Virus record (IMG/VR): IMGVR_UViG_3300040985_000910
Coordinates: 1-36,450 of that record
Length of the DNA: 36,450 nt
Reading direction: 5' to 3' (one strand)
Origin: a virus
Taxonomy: Duplodnaviria; Caudoviricetes
Part shown: piece by piece, positions 18,080 to 25,943 of the stretch
Position numbering within the stretch: position 1 is the stretch's first letter
Layout: every line of letters begins with the position of its first letter
The notes under the pieces: generated by a model
Seen by the model: only the letters and a program-made list of their open reading frames with translations
What the model was told of the DNA's origin: nothing
Database searches by the model: none
Program-made: the position numbers and the translations under genes

Positions 18080-18334
18080 TTAGTAGTACGCCGACTGGCC
18101 TTGATATTCATTCATGTACTCTTTCACCAAGTACTCCTCCATGATGTAGAACTCAACCTCAGAAATGCTGTCTATCTGGGTCATCATGTACTGGATGTTT
18201 TCCGGTGTAGCCCATTCCTTAAGAAAGGCTTTCTGTGCTTCGATTTCTTCAGCGTCTGCCGCGTCATCTCTGGCGTCTTCCAGGTAACCTGCCTTGCGGT
18301 AGGCGTCCATTAGTATTGGCCCCATGATGCTCAT
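18080..18334 (-). CDS. Small acidic early protein, paralogue A (84 aa); last 16 aa probably from the hsdR C-terminus
   Basis: ggagg RBS and ATGA overlap; similarity to paralogue B stops at EEY (18131). Confidence 0.8.
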   Translation of the reverse strand: MSIMGPILMDAYRKAGYLEDARDDAADAEEIEAQKAFLKEWATPENIQYMMTQIDSISEVEFYIMEEYLVKEYMNEYQGQSAYY

Positions 18335-18597
18335 GCTGCCTCCACGTCTGCCAGTTCGTAGCTCGCGCCGTCTTCCCAAGAGATGCAGCCACCTTCGCGC
18401 TGAACCTGCTCATAAAGTGCTTTGGTGCATTCCTTGACGTAGAGTTGGCTGTTGTTGTCGACGTAGGCGTGATCAACAATTTCTTCGTAATCATCGTCGG
18501 TGGGAAGGTTGCCAAGTGCCTGATGGTAGTTAGCAATGGCCTGATCTTTGGTGAGGCCGATGGCTTCGATTACGTGTCCGTTTGCGACTATGTACAT
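18331..18597 (-). CDS. First early gene; small acidic hypothetical protein
   Basis: RBS agaggga; 88 aa; D/E-rich. Confidence 0.75.
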   Translation of the reverse strand: MYIVANGHVIEAIGLTKDQAIANYHQALGNLPTDDDYEEIVDHAYVDNNSQLYVKECTKALYEQVQREGGCISWEDGASYELADVEAA

Positions 18598-18633
18598 GCT
18601 TTCTATCCCTCTGTTGTCTCAATCAATGACCCC

Positions 18634-18665
18634 ATTTAATACTATATCACTAACGTTGTCTAGTG
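18634..18665 (-). promoter_or_regulatory. Putative leftward sigma70 promoter with overlapping inverted repeat
   Basis: TAGACA-17 nt-TTAAAT on the minus strand; cacta-N8-tagtg dyad at 18648-18665. Confidence 0.45.
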
Positions 18666-18692
18666 CTTTTCACAGTTATTTAATGTTTATCC

Positions 18693-18721
18693 TTGATGTT
18701 TCCTTCTATCAGGCGCATTAT
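18693..18721 (+). promoter_or_regulatory. Putative rightward sigma70 promoter
   Basis: TTGATG-17 nt-CATTAT, ending 7 nt before ATG 18729. Confidence 0.45.
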
Positions 18722-18728
18722 TAGGGCC

Positions 18729-18950
18729 ATGAAAACACAAGCAAAGAAGAAACAAGACGACATGGATATGGTTGAGGAGATGAAGTTTATGCTCGAATGC
18801 CAGCCGCATACGTTAAACAAGGTCGCTAAACTGGCAGGCGTTAAGCAGGCATGGTTGTACGGCGTTGTGCATCGCGGGGTAGATCCCAGTTACAGCCGGT
18901 TACTACAGGTACACACTTGGCTCAAAGATAATCCGCCGAAGGGGTATTAG
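18729..18950 (+). CDS. Cro-like HTH regulator
   Basis: LNKVAKLAGVKQAWLY...DPSYSRL XRE-type HTH; first rightward gene. Confidence 0.75.
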   Translation: MKTQAKKKQDDMDMVEEMKFMLECQPHTLNKVAKLAGVKQAWLYGVVHRGVDPSYSRLLQVHTWLKDNPPKGY

Positions 18951-19634
18951 ATGTACGGGAAGATATTTGACTCCATGTATGACGGTACTCTGGCCGAAGA
19001 CTGGAGGGCGCTAATCACCTTCCAGCAAATGATCGTTCTCTGTGATGCAGACGGAACGGTGGACATGACACACTCATCCATAGCCAGAAGAACAGGCATT
19101 CCAATAGAACACATAACGGCAGGAATTGAGATTCTTGAGGCCGTTGACCCTCACAGCAGGACCGAAGACGACGAGGGCCGAAGGATTGCCCGATTAGACG
19201 AGCACAGGGCATGGGGCTGGAACATCGTTAACCATCAAAAATACAAATACATGCAGGATGCAGACGAGGTAAGGAAGCAAAACAGGGAGAGAAAGCAAAG
19301 GTACAGGGAGGCTAAAAAGAACGCCGAATTGTCCCAAATGTCCCACGTTGTCCCACCTTGTCCCGCTCCGTCACGCTATACAGATACAGATACAGATATA
19401 AAACAAGGGAACTTTGTTCCTCCCAGTTTGCAAGAAGTTACCGAATACCTAACAAAAAAGGGTTCATCAGTGGACCCTATTGAATTCCATGCTCACTACT
19501 CGGCCAACGGTTGGATGCGGGGCAAAAACAAAATCAAGAATTGGAAAATGTGTCTCACCACCTGGGAGCAGAAACGAAAGAAAACCGCCAGATCAACCCC
19601 TAGCAAACCAGCAAGCGAGGCAGGTCTCCGATGA
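18951..19634 (+). CDS. Phage replication initiator (lambda O-like)
   Basis: N-terminal winged-helix-like region, NRERKQRYR, C-terminal FVPPSL.EV...F..HY..NGW..GK.KIKNWK; upstream of helicase. Confidence 0.85.
   Translation: MYGKIFDSMYDGTLAEDWRALITFQQMIVLCDADGTVDMTHSSIARRTGIPIEHITAGIEILEAVDPHSRTEDDEGRRIARLDEHRAWGWNIVNHQKYKYMQDADEVRKQNRERKQRYREAKKNAELSQMSHVVPPCPAPSRYTDTDTDIKQGNFVPPSLQEVTEYLTKKGSSVDPIEFHAHYSANGWMRGKNKIKNWKMCLTTWEQKRKKTARSTPSKPASEAGLR
19329..19400 (+). repeat. Putative replication-origin iterons inside the initiator gene
   Basis: TGTCCC x4 (plus a degenerate fifth) at 9-10 nt spacing, then (TACAGA)x3. Confidence 0.65.
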
Positions 19635-20872
19635 GCATTGAACAGCAATTTGTTTGCACACTGGCAAACCATCCCGAATTAATTTCCAGCGTTACCGTTT
19701 CGCCTGACGATTTCGACAATCCACGGGTTGGAAGAATCTACGACACCGTGCGGGGGATTATCGAGCGGGGCAGTACGCCAGATATTTTGATGGTGGCCGA
19801 TACGCTTGAGTTTGAATCTGAATCCAACTGGATAACCGACGTAAGTGAGCTATTCGATCAAATCTCTGTCCCGTCAAACCTCGAAGCGTATGAATCCGTA
19901 ATCAAGCGCCAGAAGCGCGAAAGACAATACCGTGGCGCAGCGGATAGATTTCTAGCAGATGTTAAGTCCGGTGATCCTGCTGCGGGGAGTAACGTTCTCC
20001 ACGCTGTTAAACAAATCGAATCCAATGCCGGAACTGGGATAGCTCACGTTTCGGAATACGCACAAGGGATAGTCCAGCACATCAGCGACGTGGCAGACGG
20101 GAAGGTACTCCCTGGTATTCCAAGTGGACTACACACGCTCGATGAGGCTATGGGTGGATTCCAAAACGGGGATATGACCGTGTTGGCTGCTAGAACCTCA
20201 ATCGGTAAGACGGCGTTCATGTGCAACCTCGCGGTCAATGCCAAATGCAAAGCGGGTGTAATCTCTGGTGAACAATCCGGTTCACAGATCACGCAAAGGA
20301 TCATGGCCCGACTCGGCGGCATCTCTGCACAGAGGCTTAGAACCGGACACCTACGGGAAAGCGAATACCCACTGCTCGCTGAAGCGGTCAAGAAACTATC
20401 GGATACACCAGTTTACGTTGTTGATAAACCCCGCCCTAGCATCGAGGACATAGAAACCTTGGGCCGCACCCTGAAGTGGCGGGACTCTATCGAAATCCTG
20501 TTTATAGATTATCTCCAGTTAATCAAGAATCACGCCTACGCTGAAAAGCGCCTCCAGATTGCAGACATATCCAGTCGCATCAAAGCCCTTGCTGGCGAAC
20601 TAGACATTCCCATCGTCGTACTTGCACAACTCAACCGAAATGCAGATGGAAAAATTCCGCTGATATCAGACCTCAAAGAATCGGGATCAATCGAGGAAGA
20701 CGCTGACGAGGTAATTCTGCTGTATCCCGATATGGATGACGGCGGCAAGCCATTGGATAACGGTCAGTTAACCGTGGATCTCCAGAAGCACAGACACGGC
20801 GCGAAGATATTTTTCAACGTCCTTTGGGACTCCGAATACATGAGGGTGAGGAATCTGGCTAATGAATATTGA
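19631..20872 (+). CDS. dnaB: DnaB-like replicative helicase
   Basis: AARTSIGKT Walker A, IDYLQL, LAQLNR, DLKESGSIEEDAD, KHRHG. Confidence 0.95.
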   Translation: MSIEQQFVCTLANHPELISSVTVSPDDFDNPRVGRIYDTVRGIIERGSTPDILMVADTLEFESESNWITDVSELFDQISVPSNLEAYESVIKRQKRERQYRGAADRFLADVKSGDPAAGSNVLHAVKQIESNAGTGIAHVSEYAQGIVQHISDVADGKVLPGIPSGLHTLDEAMGGFQNGDMTVLAARTSIGKTAFMCNLAVNAKCKAGVISGEQSGSQITQRIMARLGGISAQRLRTGHLRESEYPLLAEAVKKLSDTPVYVVDKPRPSIEDIETLGRTLKWRDSIEILFIDYLQLIKNHAYAEKRLQIADISSRIKALAGELDIPIVVLAQLNRNADGKIPLISDLKESGSIEEDADEVILLYPDMDDGGKPLDNGQLTVDLQKHRHGAKIFFNVLWDSEYMRVRNLANEY

Positions 20873-21137
20873 GCAACAGCGCAGGGAAATAGCGAAGTCA
20901 CTGACAAACACGAAATTATCTGATTTGTCAGAGAAGGAAAAAGCGGAGATCAAAGCAGCGTGGCATCCGACCTGCAAGCAGTGCGGAACACCGCTGACGG
21001 TCACGGTGAGGACCAAGAGCGTCAAACGGTACTGCGACGAACGCTGTAGAACGCTGTCGCGGGGGCACAAGTCCCGACAAGATCCAGGGTGGGATCAGGA
21101 TCTAGCAGTCTATGCGTTGTCGAGGGCGTGGGTGTGA
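20862..21137 (+). CDS. Zn-finger hypothetical protein
   Basis: CKQCG...YCDERC. Confidence 0.65.
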   Translation: MNIEQQRREIAKSLTNTKLSDLSEKEKAEIKAAWHPTCKQCGTPLTVTVRTKSVKRYCDERCRTLSRGHKSRQDPGWDQDLAVYALSRAWV

Positions 21138-21728
21138 GGGTTCTGGATTTGTTCTCAGGAATCGGCGGGTTCTCTCTCGGACTCGAGAGAGCAGGATTTG
21201 AAACGGTGGCGTTTTGCGAATACGACGAGGCCTGTCGAAAGGTTTTGAAAAAACATTGGCCTGACGTACCCCAGTATACGGACGTCAGGACGCTAACAGG
21301 GGAGCAGTTGAGGAATGACGGGATTGAAACAAAGACAGGGACTGGGCCAACAATGCACCATCAAATATTCAGACGCTGTGCAGTTCCTGTCACACGTCCT
21401 TACATCATGCTACGGGGGAGATTATGCCGAAAACTCCGAAACCGCCATGCATGGTTTGTGGCAAGCCGTCGTATCGGTTAAGTCAGCGGCTCTGCAATAC
21501 GCACCGAACACGATTACGCCGATATGGGAATCCCTTACTGACGCGCAGGCAGAATGGATCATTGTGGCAGTTGTACATGGATGTTTCTGGTCTGACCCCC
21601 CAGAAACTCCAAGAGTGGCTAATGGGGTTCCCGGAAGGGTGGACCGACTTAAGCAACTAGGTAATTCAGTTGTGCCCCAAATACCGGAAATTTTGGGGCG
21701 ACACATTCTGGAGGCGCACCATGCCTAG
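21134..21728 (+). pseudogene. C5-cytosine DNA methyltransferase, internally deleted
   Basis: GTG start; LDLFSGIGG (motif I) to about 21330; no PCQ or ENV motifs; terminal RVDRLKQLGNSVVPQ in another frame. Confidence 0.85.
21331..21660 (+). pseudogene. 3' part of an HNH endonuclease-like ORF nested in the methyltransferase
   Basis: KDRDWANNAPSNIQTLCSSCHTSLHH, then C..CG...LCNTH..RLRRYGNP; ends EWLMGFPEGWTDL. Confidence 0.7.
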
Positions 21729-22035
21729 ATCATTAGAGCAAAACGACTGCCTACACAAGTGGTGCAGGCTAATCCGCGATCACCTCAAGGAAGCCTCGGT
21801 AAACCTGTCGGAGGAAACCGTTAAGGAACTCGTGCTGCTCAAGCTGGGCAACACGAAAGAGGTCTTTGGCGAAAAGATTGCCATGCGAAGCCACAAGTAC
21901 AAGCACCTGGATTCCGACCTGACCCCCGCAGAACTGAAGCGCGGTGATATCTCAATGGATGCGTTGCTAAACGAAATTGAAGCGTGGACGGCAACGGATC
22001 TTAACTTGAATCTAAGCAAAGAGGATGCGTCATGA
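21721..22035 (+). CDS. NinB-like protein
   Basis: PRSLEQN..LH motif; RBS ggagg; nin-region position. Confidence 0.55.
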   Translation: MPRSLEQNDCLHKWCRLIRDHLKEASVNLSEETVKELVLLKLGNTKEVFGEKIAMRSHKYKHLDSDLTPAELKRGDISMDALLNEIEAWTATDLNLNLSKEDAS

Positions 22036-22436
22036 GTCAGAAACAGCAAGTTCTAAGACACTTGAAAGAAGGCAAATCCATATCCCAGGCACAGGCCGCA
22101 GACTGGTATAATTGTTGGCGACTAGCTGACGTTATATTCACGCTGCGGGGCGAGGGTCACAGCATCGAAACCCACATGGTAAACAACCGGAAGAACGAGG
22201 GTAAACACGCCCGATACTTGATGGGGAGAGGCAGCATGAAAAGCAAACTAGCACCAGCAGAACCGCTATACGATAGGACTAGCCCACACGGTCAGGAACA
22301 GCAAGAAACTGGATTACATCCAGCGGAAGATGGTGGATTAGGTGTTGGCGGCATGAAAAAACTCCACGTACTCCAGACCATAGCCATCTACGTGATAGCC
22401 ATCCTCTGCCTGCTGTCGGTGGGGATTATCTGGTGA
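22032..22436 (+). CDS. Winged-HTH phage protein, apparently in frame with one or two small downstream genes
   Basis: SQKQQVLRHL..G.SI....A...YNCWRLA..I..LR..G..I.T; internal ATGs at 22236 and 22353. Confidence 0.6.
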   Translation: MSQKQQVLRHLKEGKSISQAQAADWYNCWRLADVIFTLRGEGHSIETHMVNNRKNEGKHARYLMGRGSMKSKLAPAEPLYDRTSPHGQEQQETGLHPAEDGGLGVGGMKKLHVLQTIAIYVIAILCLLSVGIIW

Positions 22437-22486
22437 AGGCTCCAACAGCAGCAAGATGGTAGGCTCGCAAAATTTATGGAGATGTC

Positions 22487-23281
22487 GTGTCAGAGAAAAT
22501 TGTAATAGGGAATGCAGAACTCTACTGCGGTGATTGCCTAGACATTCTGCCGACGCTGGGCAAGGTTGATGCGGTGGTGACATCGCCGCCTTATGGCGAA
22601 ATGAGAGACTACGGCGGGAGTTTCATAAAGAAACCCGAACAAATATTTCCAATGCTAGATGTCTCGGACGGCGGTCCCATTGTGTGGAATACGAACGACC
22701 AACACATTGACGGTGGCGAATCTGGGGAAAGTTTCCGGCAAGCGTTGGCAGGGATTGAAAACGGGTGGAAACTACACGACACCATGATTTGGTGTAAAGG
22801 GGGCGCGGCGTTTCCTGATAGCAATAGATACTGGCAGGCGTTCGAATATATTTTCATATTCGTTAACGGGAAAATACGCGCATTCAACCCGATTCGCGAT
22901 AGAAAGAATAGATACCCAAATTCCTCAAAATTCGGTGCAGAGAGACAAAAAGACGGCACGACAAAAAAACCAAAAACAGAGCGATTCACATCCGATGTGG
23001 GCGCGAGGCTTAACTATTGGGAAATTCCTCCAGAGATGAGCAATAAAATAAGAACGGGGCATCCCGCGCAAATGTCGCAGAGGTTGTGTGGTGATTTGGT
23101 TTTTTCTTTTACGAGCAATGATTACGTCGTTCTAGATCCATTCATGGGCAGCGGCACCACCGGAGTAGCTTGCATGAATCTGGGCCGTAAGTTTATAGGA
23201 ATCGAGTTAGAGCCTAAATACTTCGGCATAGCTTGTGAGCGCATACGCATGGCTCAGGCACAGGGGAGGCTATTCGCATGA
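22487..23281 (+). CDS. Orphan beta-class DNA methyltransferase (SPPY; N4-cytosine likely)
   Basis: VTSPPY, HPAQ, LDPFMGSGTTG, FIGIE. Confidence 0.93.
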   Translation: MSEKIVIGNAELYCGDCLDILPTLGKVDAVVTSPPYGEMRDYGGSFIKKPEQIFPMLDVSDGGPIVWNTNDQHIDGGESGESFRQALAGIENGWKLHDTMIWCKGGAAFPDSNRYWQAFEYIFIFVNGKIRAFNPIRDRKNRYPNSSKFGAERQKDGTTKKPKTERFTSDVGARLNYWEIPPEMSNKIRTGHPAQMSQRLCGDLVFSFTSNDYVVLDPFMGSGTTGVACMNLGRKFIGIELEPKYFGIACERIRMAQAQGRLFA

Positions 23282-23700
23282 GAGGCAAGCGAGGCCCAAG
23301 GGACGTAAACAAGAAAACTGTACCCCAGTTACAGAATACGCTCTGGCCGCTGTTCGCTGAGTACATCAAACGGAACTACGCTGAGAGTGACCTGTGCAGA
23401 TGTTTCACGTGCAACAAGGTTATTCGGGTCGGTGACAGGGACTGTCAGGCTGGTCATTTTATCCCCAGAACTAAAAGCCCGACCAAGTACGATGAGCGCA
23501 ACGTAAGACCCCAGTGTAGCCGTTGCAACGAGTACGGCGGTGGTGAGTGGGTAGAGTTTGAAAGACGCCTGAAAGACGAAATAGGGCGTGATGCGGTGGA
23601 GGAACTCAAAGAGGAATCCCGTAAGCCGTGGAAGTGGGACCGGAGCTACTTAATCGAGAAGATTGAATACTACAAAACGGAACTAGCGGAGATGAGATGA
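23278..23700 (+). CDS. ninG: NinG/Rap-like recombination endonuclease
   Basis: CFTC, AGHFIPR, YDERNV.PQC.RCN. Confidence 0.85.
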   Translation: MRGKRGPRDVNKKTVPQLQNTLWPLFAEYIKRNYAESDLCRCFTCNKVIRVGDRDCQAGHFIPRTKSPTKYDERNVRPQCSRCNEYGGGEWVEFERRLKDEIGRDAVEELKEESRKPWKWDRSYLIEKIEYYKTELAEMR

Positions 23701-23846
23701 TGAAGAAAGAGTGGGACAGCGATGTAAAAATTAGGTTTCAGTTGGTAGACCCGCCGGGCCGAGCGGACAGGTTGTCTCTGGTGGCGTGGCTAGCAGTAGC
23801 TGCCCTCGGGTGTACGGTTGTCGGGTTGATCCTGGTGTTTAGTTGA
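23697..23846 (+). CDS. Small membrane protein (49 aa)
   Basis: Manual translation MMKKEWD...LVAWLAVAALGCTVVGLILVFS; ATGA overlap. Confidence 0.5.
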   Translation: MMKKEWDSDVKIRFQLVDPPGRADRLSLVAWLAVAALGCTVVGLILVFS

Positions 23847-23936
23847 ATCTACCCTATGACAGCGAGTACAGCCCGTGGGAATTACTAATTGCATACCAGG
23901 TGAGGAGAGAACTTGGAAACTCAACAAGGAGGCAAC

Positions 23937-24326
23937 ATGAGTCTGGACCCCATAACCGCAGGCATTGGACTGGTCGACACGTTCATCGGCAAGTTTGTCA
24001 AAGACAAGGATCTGGCGCAGAAGCTCAAGGCGGCGGCAAAGTCTGAGGAATTCTCCGGTGAGTTACAATTACTGGTCGGCCAGATGGAGATCAACAAGGT
24101 CGAGGCAGCGCATAAATCGCTGTTCGTGGCCGGGTCAAGGCCCTTCATAATGTGGGTGTGCGGGATAGGATTGCTCTACAACGTCCTGCTGTATCCAGTC
24201 TTGAACATCTGGTTTGATATGCCTCCCATTGATACCGAGTTACTGTACCCGCCACTGATGGGATTACTGGGGCTTGGGGCAATGCGGTCATTCGAGAAAG
24301 CTAAGGGTGTAGCCCGTGAGCGATAG
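23937..24326 (+). CDS. Holin (GTA 3TM holin-like)
   Basis: EINKVEAAHKSLFVAG.RPFI.WVCG, GLG..RSFEK.KGV; RBS aaggagg. Confidence 0.8.
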   Translation: MSLDPITAGIGLVDTFIGKFVKDKDLAQKLKAAAKSEEFSGELQLLVGQMEINKVEAAHKSLFVAGSRPFIMWVCGIGLLYNVLLYPVLNIWFDMPPIDTELLYPPLMGLLGLGAMRSFEKAKGVARER

Positions 24327-24336
24327 AGGGTAAACT

Positions 24337-24738
24337 ATGGTAATGATCGACCTAAACCGCATCTACCTAGAAAACGCAACAATAGGGGTCTGGACATATG
24401 GCGGGGAACAATTATTTTCCATTGAGCGACCATGGCGGAATAATCGGCCTAATGAGTCGTGTATTCCTGAAATGCAGTATATTATGGAGCGGCGTGACTC
24501 TCCAAGATTTGGTCCAAATATGTGGCAAGTTGCCGATGTGCCTGGCCGCACTCACATTCTGGTGCATGTGGCTAATTACCCATCTAACGTACTTGGCTGT
24601 ATTGGCCTTGGGCTCAGCGTCCTGGGTGACCTTGGTGGTGTTGGGTCGAGTCGAGCAGCGATTAAAAGGTTCTACGATTGGTCGGACGGTGTGGAAGAGC
24701 TCAAACTAACTATCAGGAGCGGCATTAATGCCCCGTAA
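24337..24738 (+). CDS. DUF5675-family protein, putative endolysin
   Basis: ERPWRNN....SCIP, VPGRTHILVH.AN....LGCI; next to the holin. Confidence 0.8.
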   Translation: MVMIDLNRIYLENATIGVWTYGGEQLFSIERPWRNNRPNESCIPEMQYIMERRDSPRFGPNMWQVADVPGRTHILVHVANYPSNVLGCIGLGLSVLGDLGGVGSSRAAIKRFYDWSDGVEELKLTIRSGINAP

Positions 24739-24853
24739 AGCCAAGAAACAGACCCGGAAGGGTGGCATGACCAGCGCAAAGCGTATGGCACTGGCAACCG
24801 GCAACAAAAACCCCAGAAAAAAGAAGAAGAAAAAAGGGGGGTATCGTGGATAA
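24728..24853 (+). CDS. Highly cationic 41-aa peptide
   Basis: MPRKAKKQTRKGGMTSAKRMALATGNKNPRKKKKKKGGYRG; aggag upstream; fills the gap between genes. Confidence 0.6.
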   Translation: MPRKAKKQTRKGGMTSAKRMALATGNKNPRKKKKKKGGYRG

Positions 24854-25301
24854 CCTGGACCTGGCTATATTCCTCGCCATCTGTCTCACCATGTTGATGT
24901 CCAAGGAGCCAAAGCGATTTGTCGTGGCCCTCTGTGTATACTGTACCATTGGATTAATGGCAATTGATGCCCTGTTTGAGGGATGGATATTTTATTATGC
25001 AGCACTGGCAATCGAGTTCTCAGCGTTCGCGCTGATTCTCACTTTGGCCAGAGAACTAAAACGCAGAGAAGACCGTATGTTTTATCGTGTTGTTAGTGGA
25101 TTCGTTCTAGGCTCCACAGTCATCACGGCGGCGTTTACATTCGACTACATAGCAGCATATGCAGATTATGTGCTGTTAGCGCATGGAGCGGCTTTGGCTC
25201 ACGTGTCCTTTATGATGGCGTTTTCAGATGGATCTAGAAATTTTATTAGAGGTATTCGTGATTGTTTGTCTGATAATTGGGGCAGCCATTTTGATACGTG
25301 A
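24846..25301 (+). CDS. Multi-pass membrane protein
   Basis: About 5 hydrophobic segments. Confidence 0.7.
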   Translation: MDNLDLAIFLAICLTMLMSKEPKRFVVALCVYCTIGLMAIDALFEGWIFYYAALAIEFSAFALILTLARELKRREDRMFYRVVSGFVLGSTVITAAFTFDYIAAYADYVLLAHGAALAHVSFMMAFSDGSRNFIRGIRDCLSDNWGSHFDT

Positions 25302-25669
25302 GTCCAAACAGGACCAACGAGACATTGAACGAGAAGACGACAACAACACTCAAGAGCGTTGCAGGGGATAGCAGCAGCCCATACCAGATATGGCTCAGGA
25401 CCGGTCAGATAGTGATTGCGTTCAGTGTGCTGTCATATCTAGGCATTACGGTGACTGGGGTAGAGATATCCGTGGATCATCCCCAGTACGCTCCTCTCGT
25501 CACAGCGCTCATAGGGGGCTTTTGTCTCTGGTACGGCACTAACCTTAAGAAAGTGAAAGATATCGCTGAACAGCACCACGCGCTTGCTCTGCGCAAGGAA
25601 CATCGACACCCAGAGCGAGACAAGAAAATCAAGGAATACATTAAGACATTGGACGAGGAGAAACCATAA
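25298..25669 (+). CDS. Two-TM membrane protein
   Basis: Two hydrophobic segments and a charged C-terminus; GTGA overlap. Confidence 0.6.
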   Translation: MSPNRTNETLNEKTTTTLKSVAGDSSSPYQIWLRTGQIVIAFSVLSYLGITVTGVEISVDHPQYAPLVTALIGGFCLWYGTNLKKVKDIAEQHHALALRKEHRHPERDKKIKEYIKTLDEEKP

Positions 25670-25778
25670 TGGTGTAGGATCAAAGGGCAATATCTTGTAT
25701 CTGGTAGAGCGTGGAGAAAAGTGCGGCCCGGATATTCGATAGCCCTCCGTCACCCTTATAAACCTTAGAGGAGAAACC

Positions 25779-25943
25779 ATGACTTATTTAGACTACATCC
25801 AGATAGCATTAGCCATCATCGGCGCAGCTGCCACGATTGCTGCAATCACACCAACCAAGCGAGACGACACGATTGTCGGGTACATTACGAAGCTGGTCGA
25901 CGTATTTGCCCTGAACGTGCTGAACGCGAAGAACAAAAATTAA
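25779..25943 (+). CDS. Small holin-like membrane protein (54 aa)
   Basis: RBS gaggag; MTYLDYIQIALAIIGAAATIAAITPTKRDD...LNVLNAKNKN. Confidence 0.7.
   Translation: MTYLDYIQIALAIIGAAATIAAITPTKRDDTIVGYITKLVDVFALNVLNAKNKN

Noticed and set aside
14711-18130. Transposon or IS carrying hsdMS
   Set aside because: No transposase, terminal inverted repeats or exact target-site duplication were seen.
14489-18334. Paralogous repeats as a diversity-generating retroelement TR/VR pair
   Set aside because: Differences are not adenine-specific, many are synonymous, and no reverse transcriptase is present.
21089-21481. Intact cytosine methyltransferase
   Set aside because: It lacks the catalytic PC and ENV motifs; the sequence after about 21330 is out-of-frame HNH DNA.
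25670-25760. tRNA-like fragments (ggtagagcg, ttcgat)
   Set aside because: I could not fold a cloverleaf with proper acceptor and T stems.
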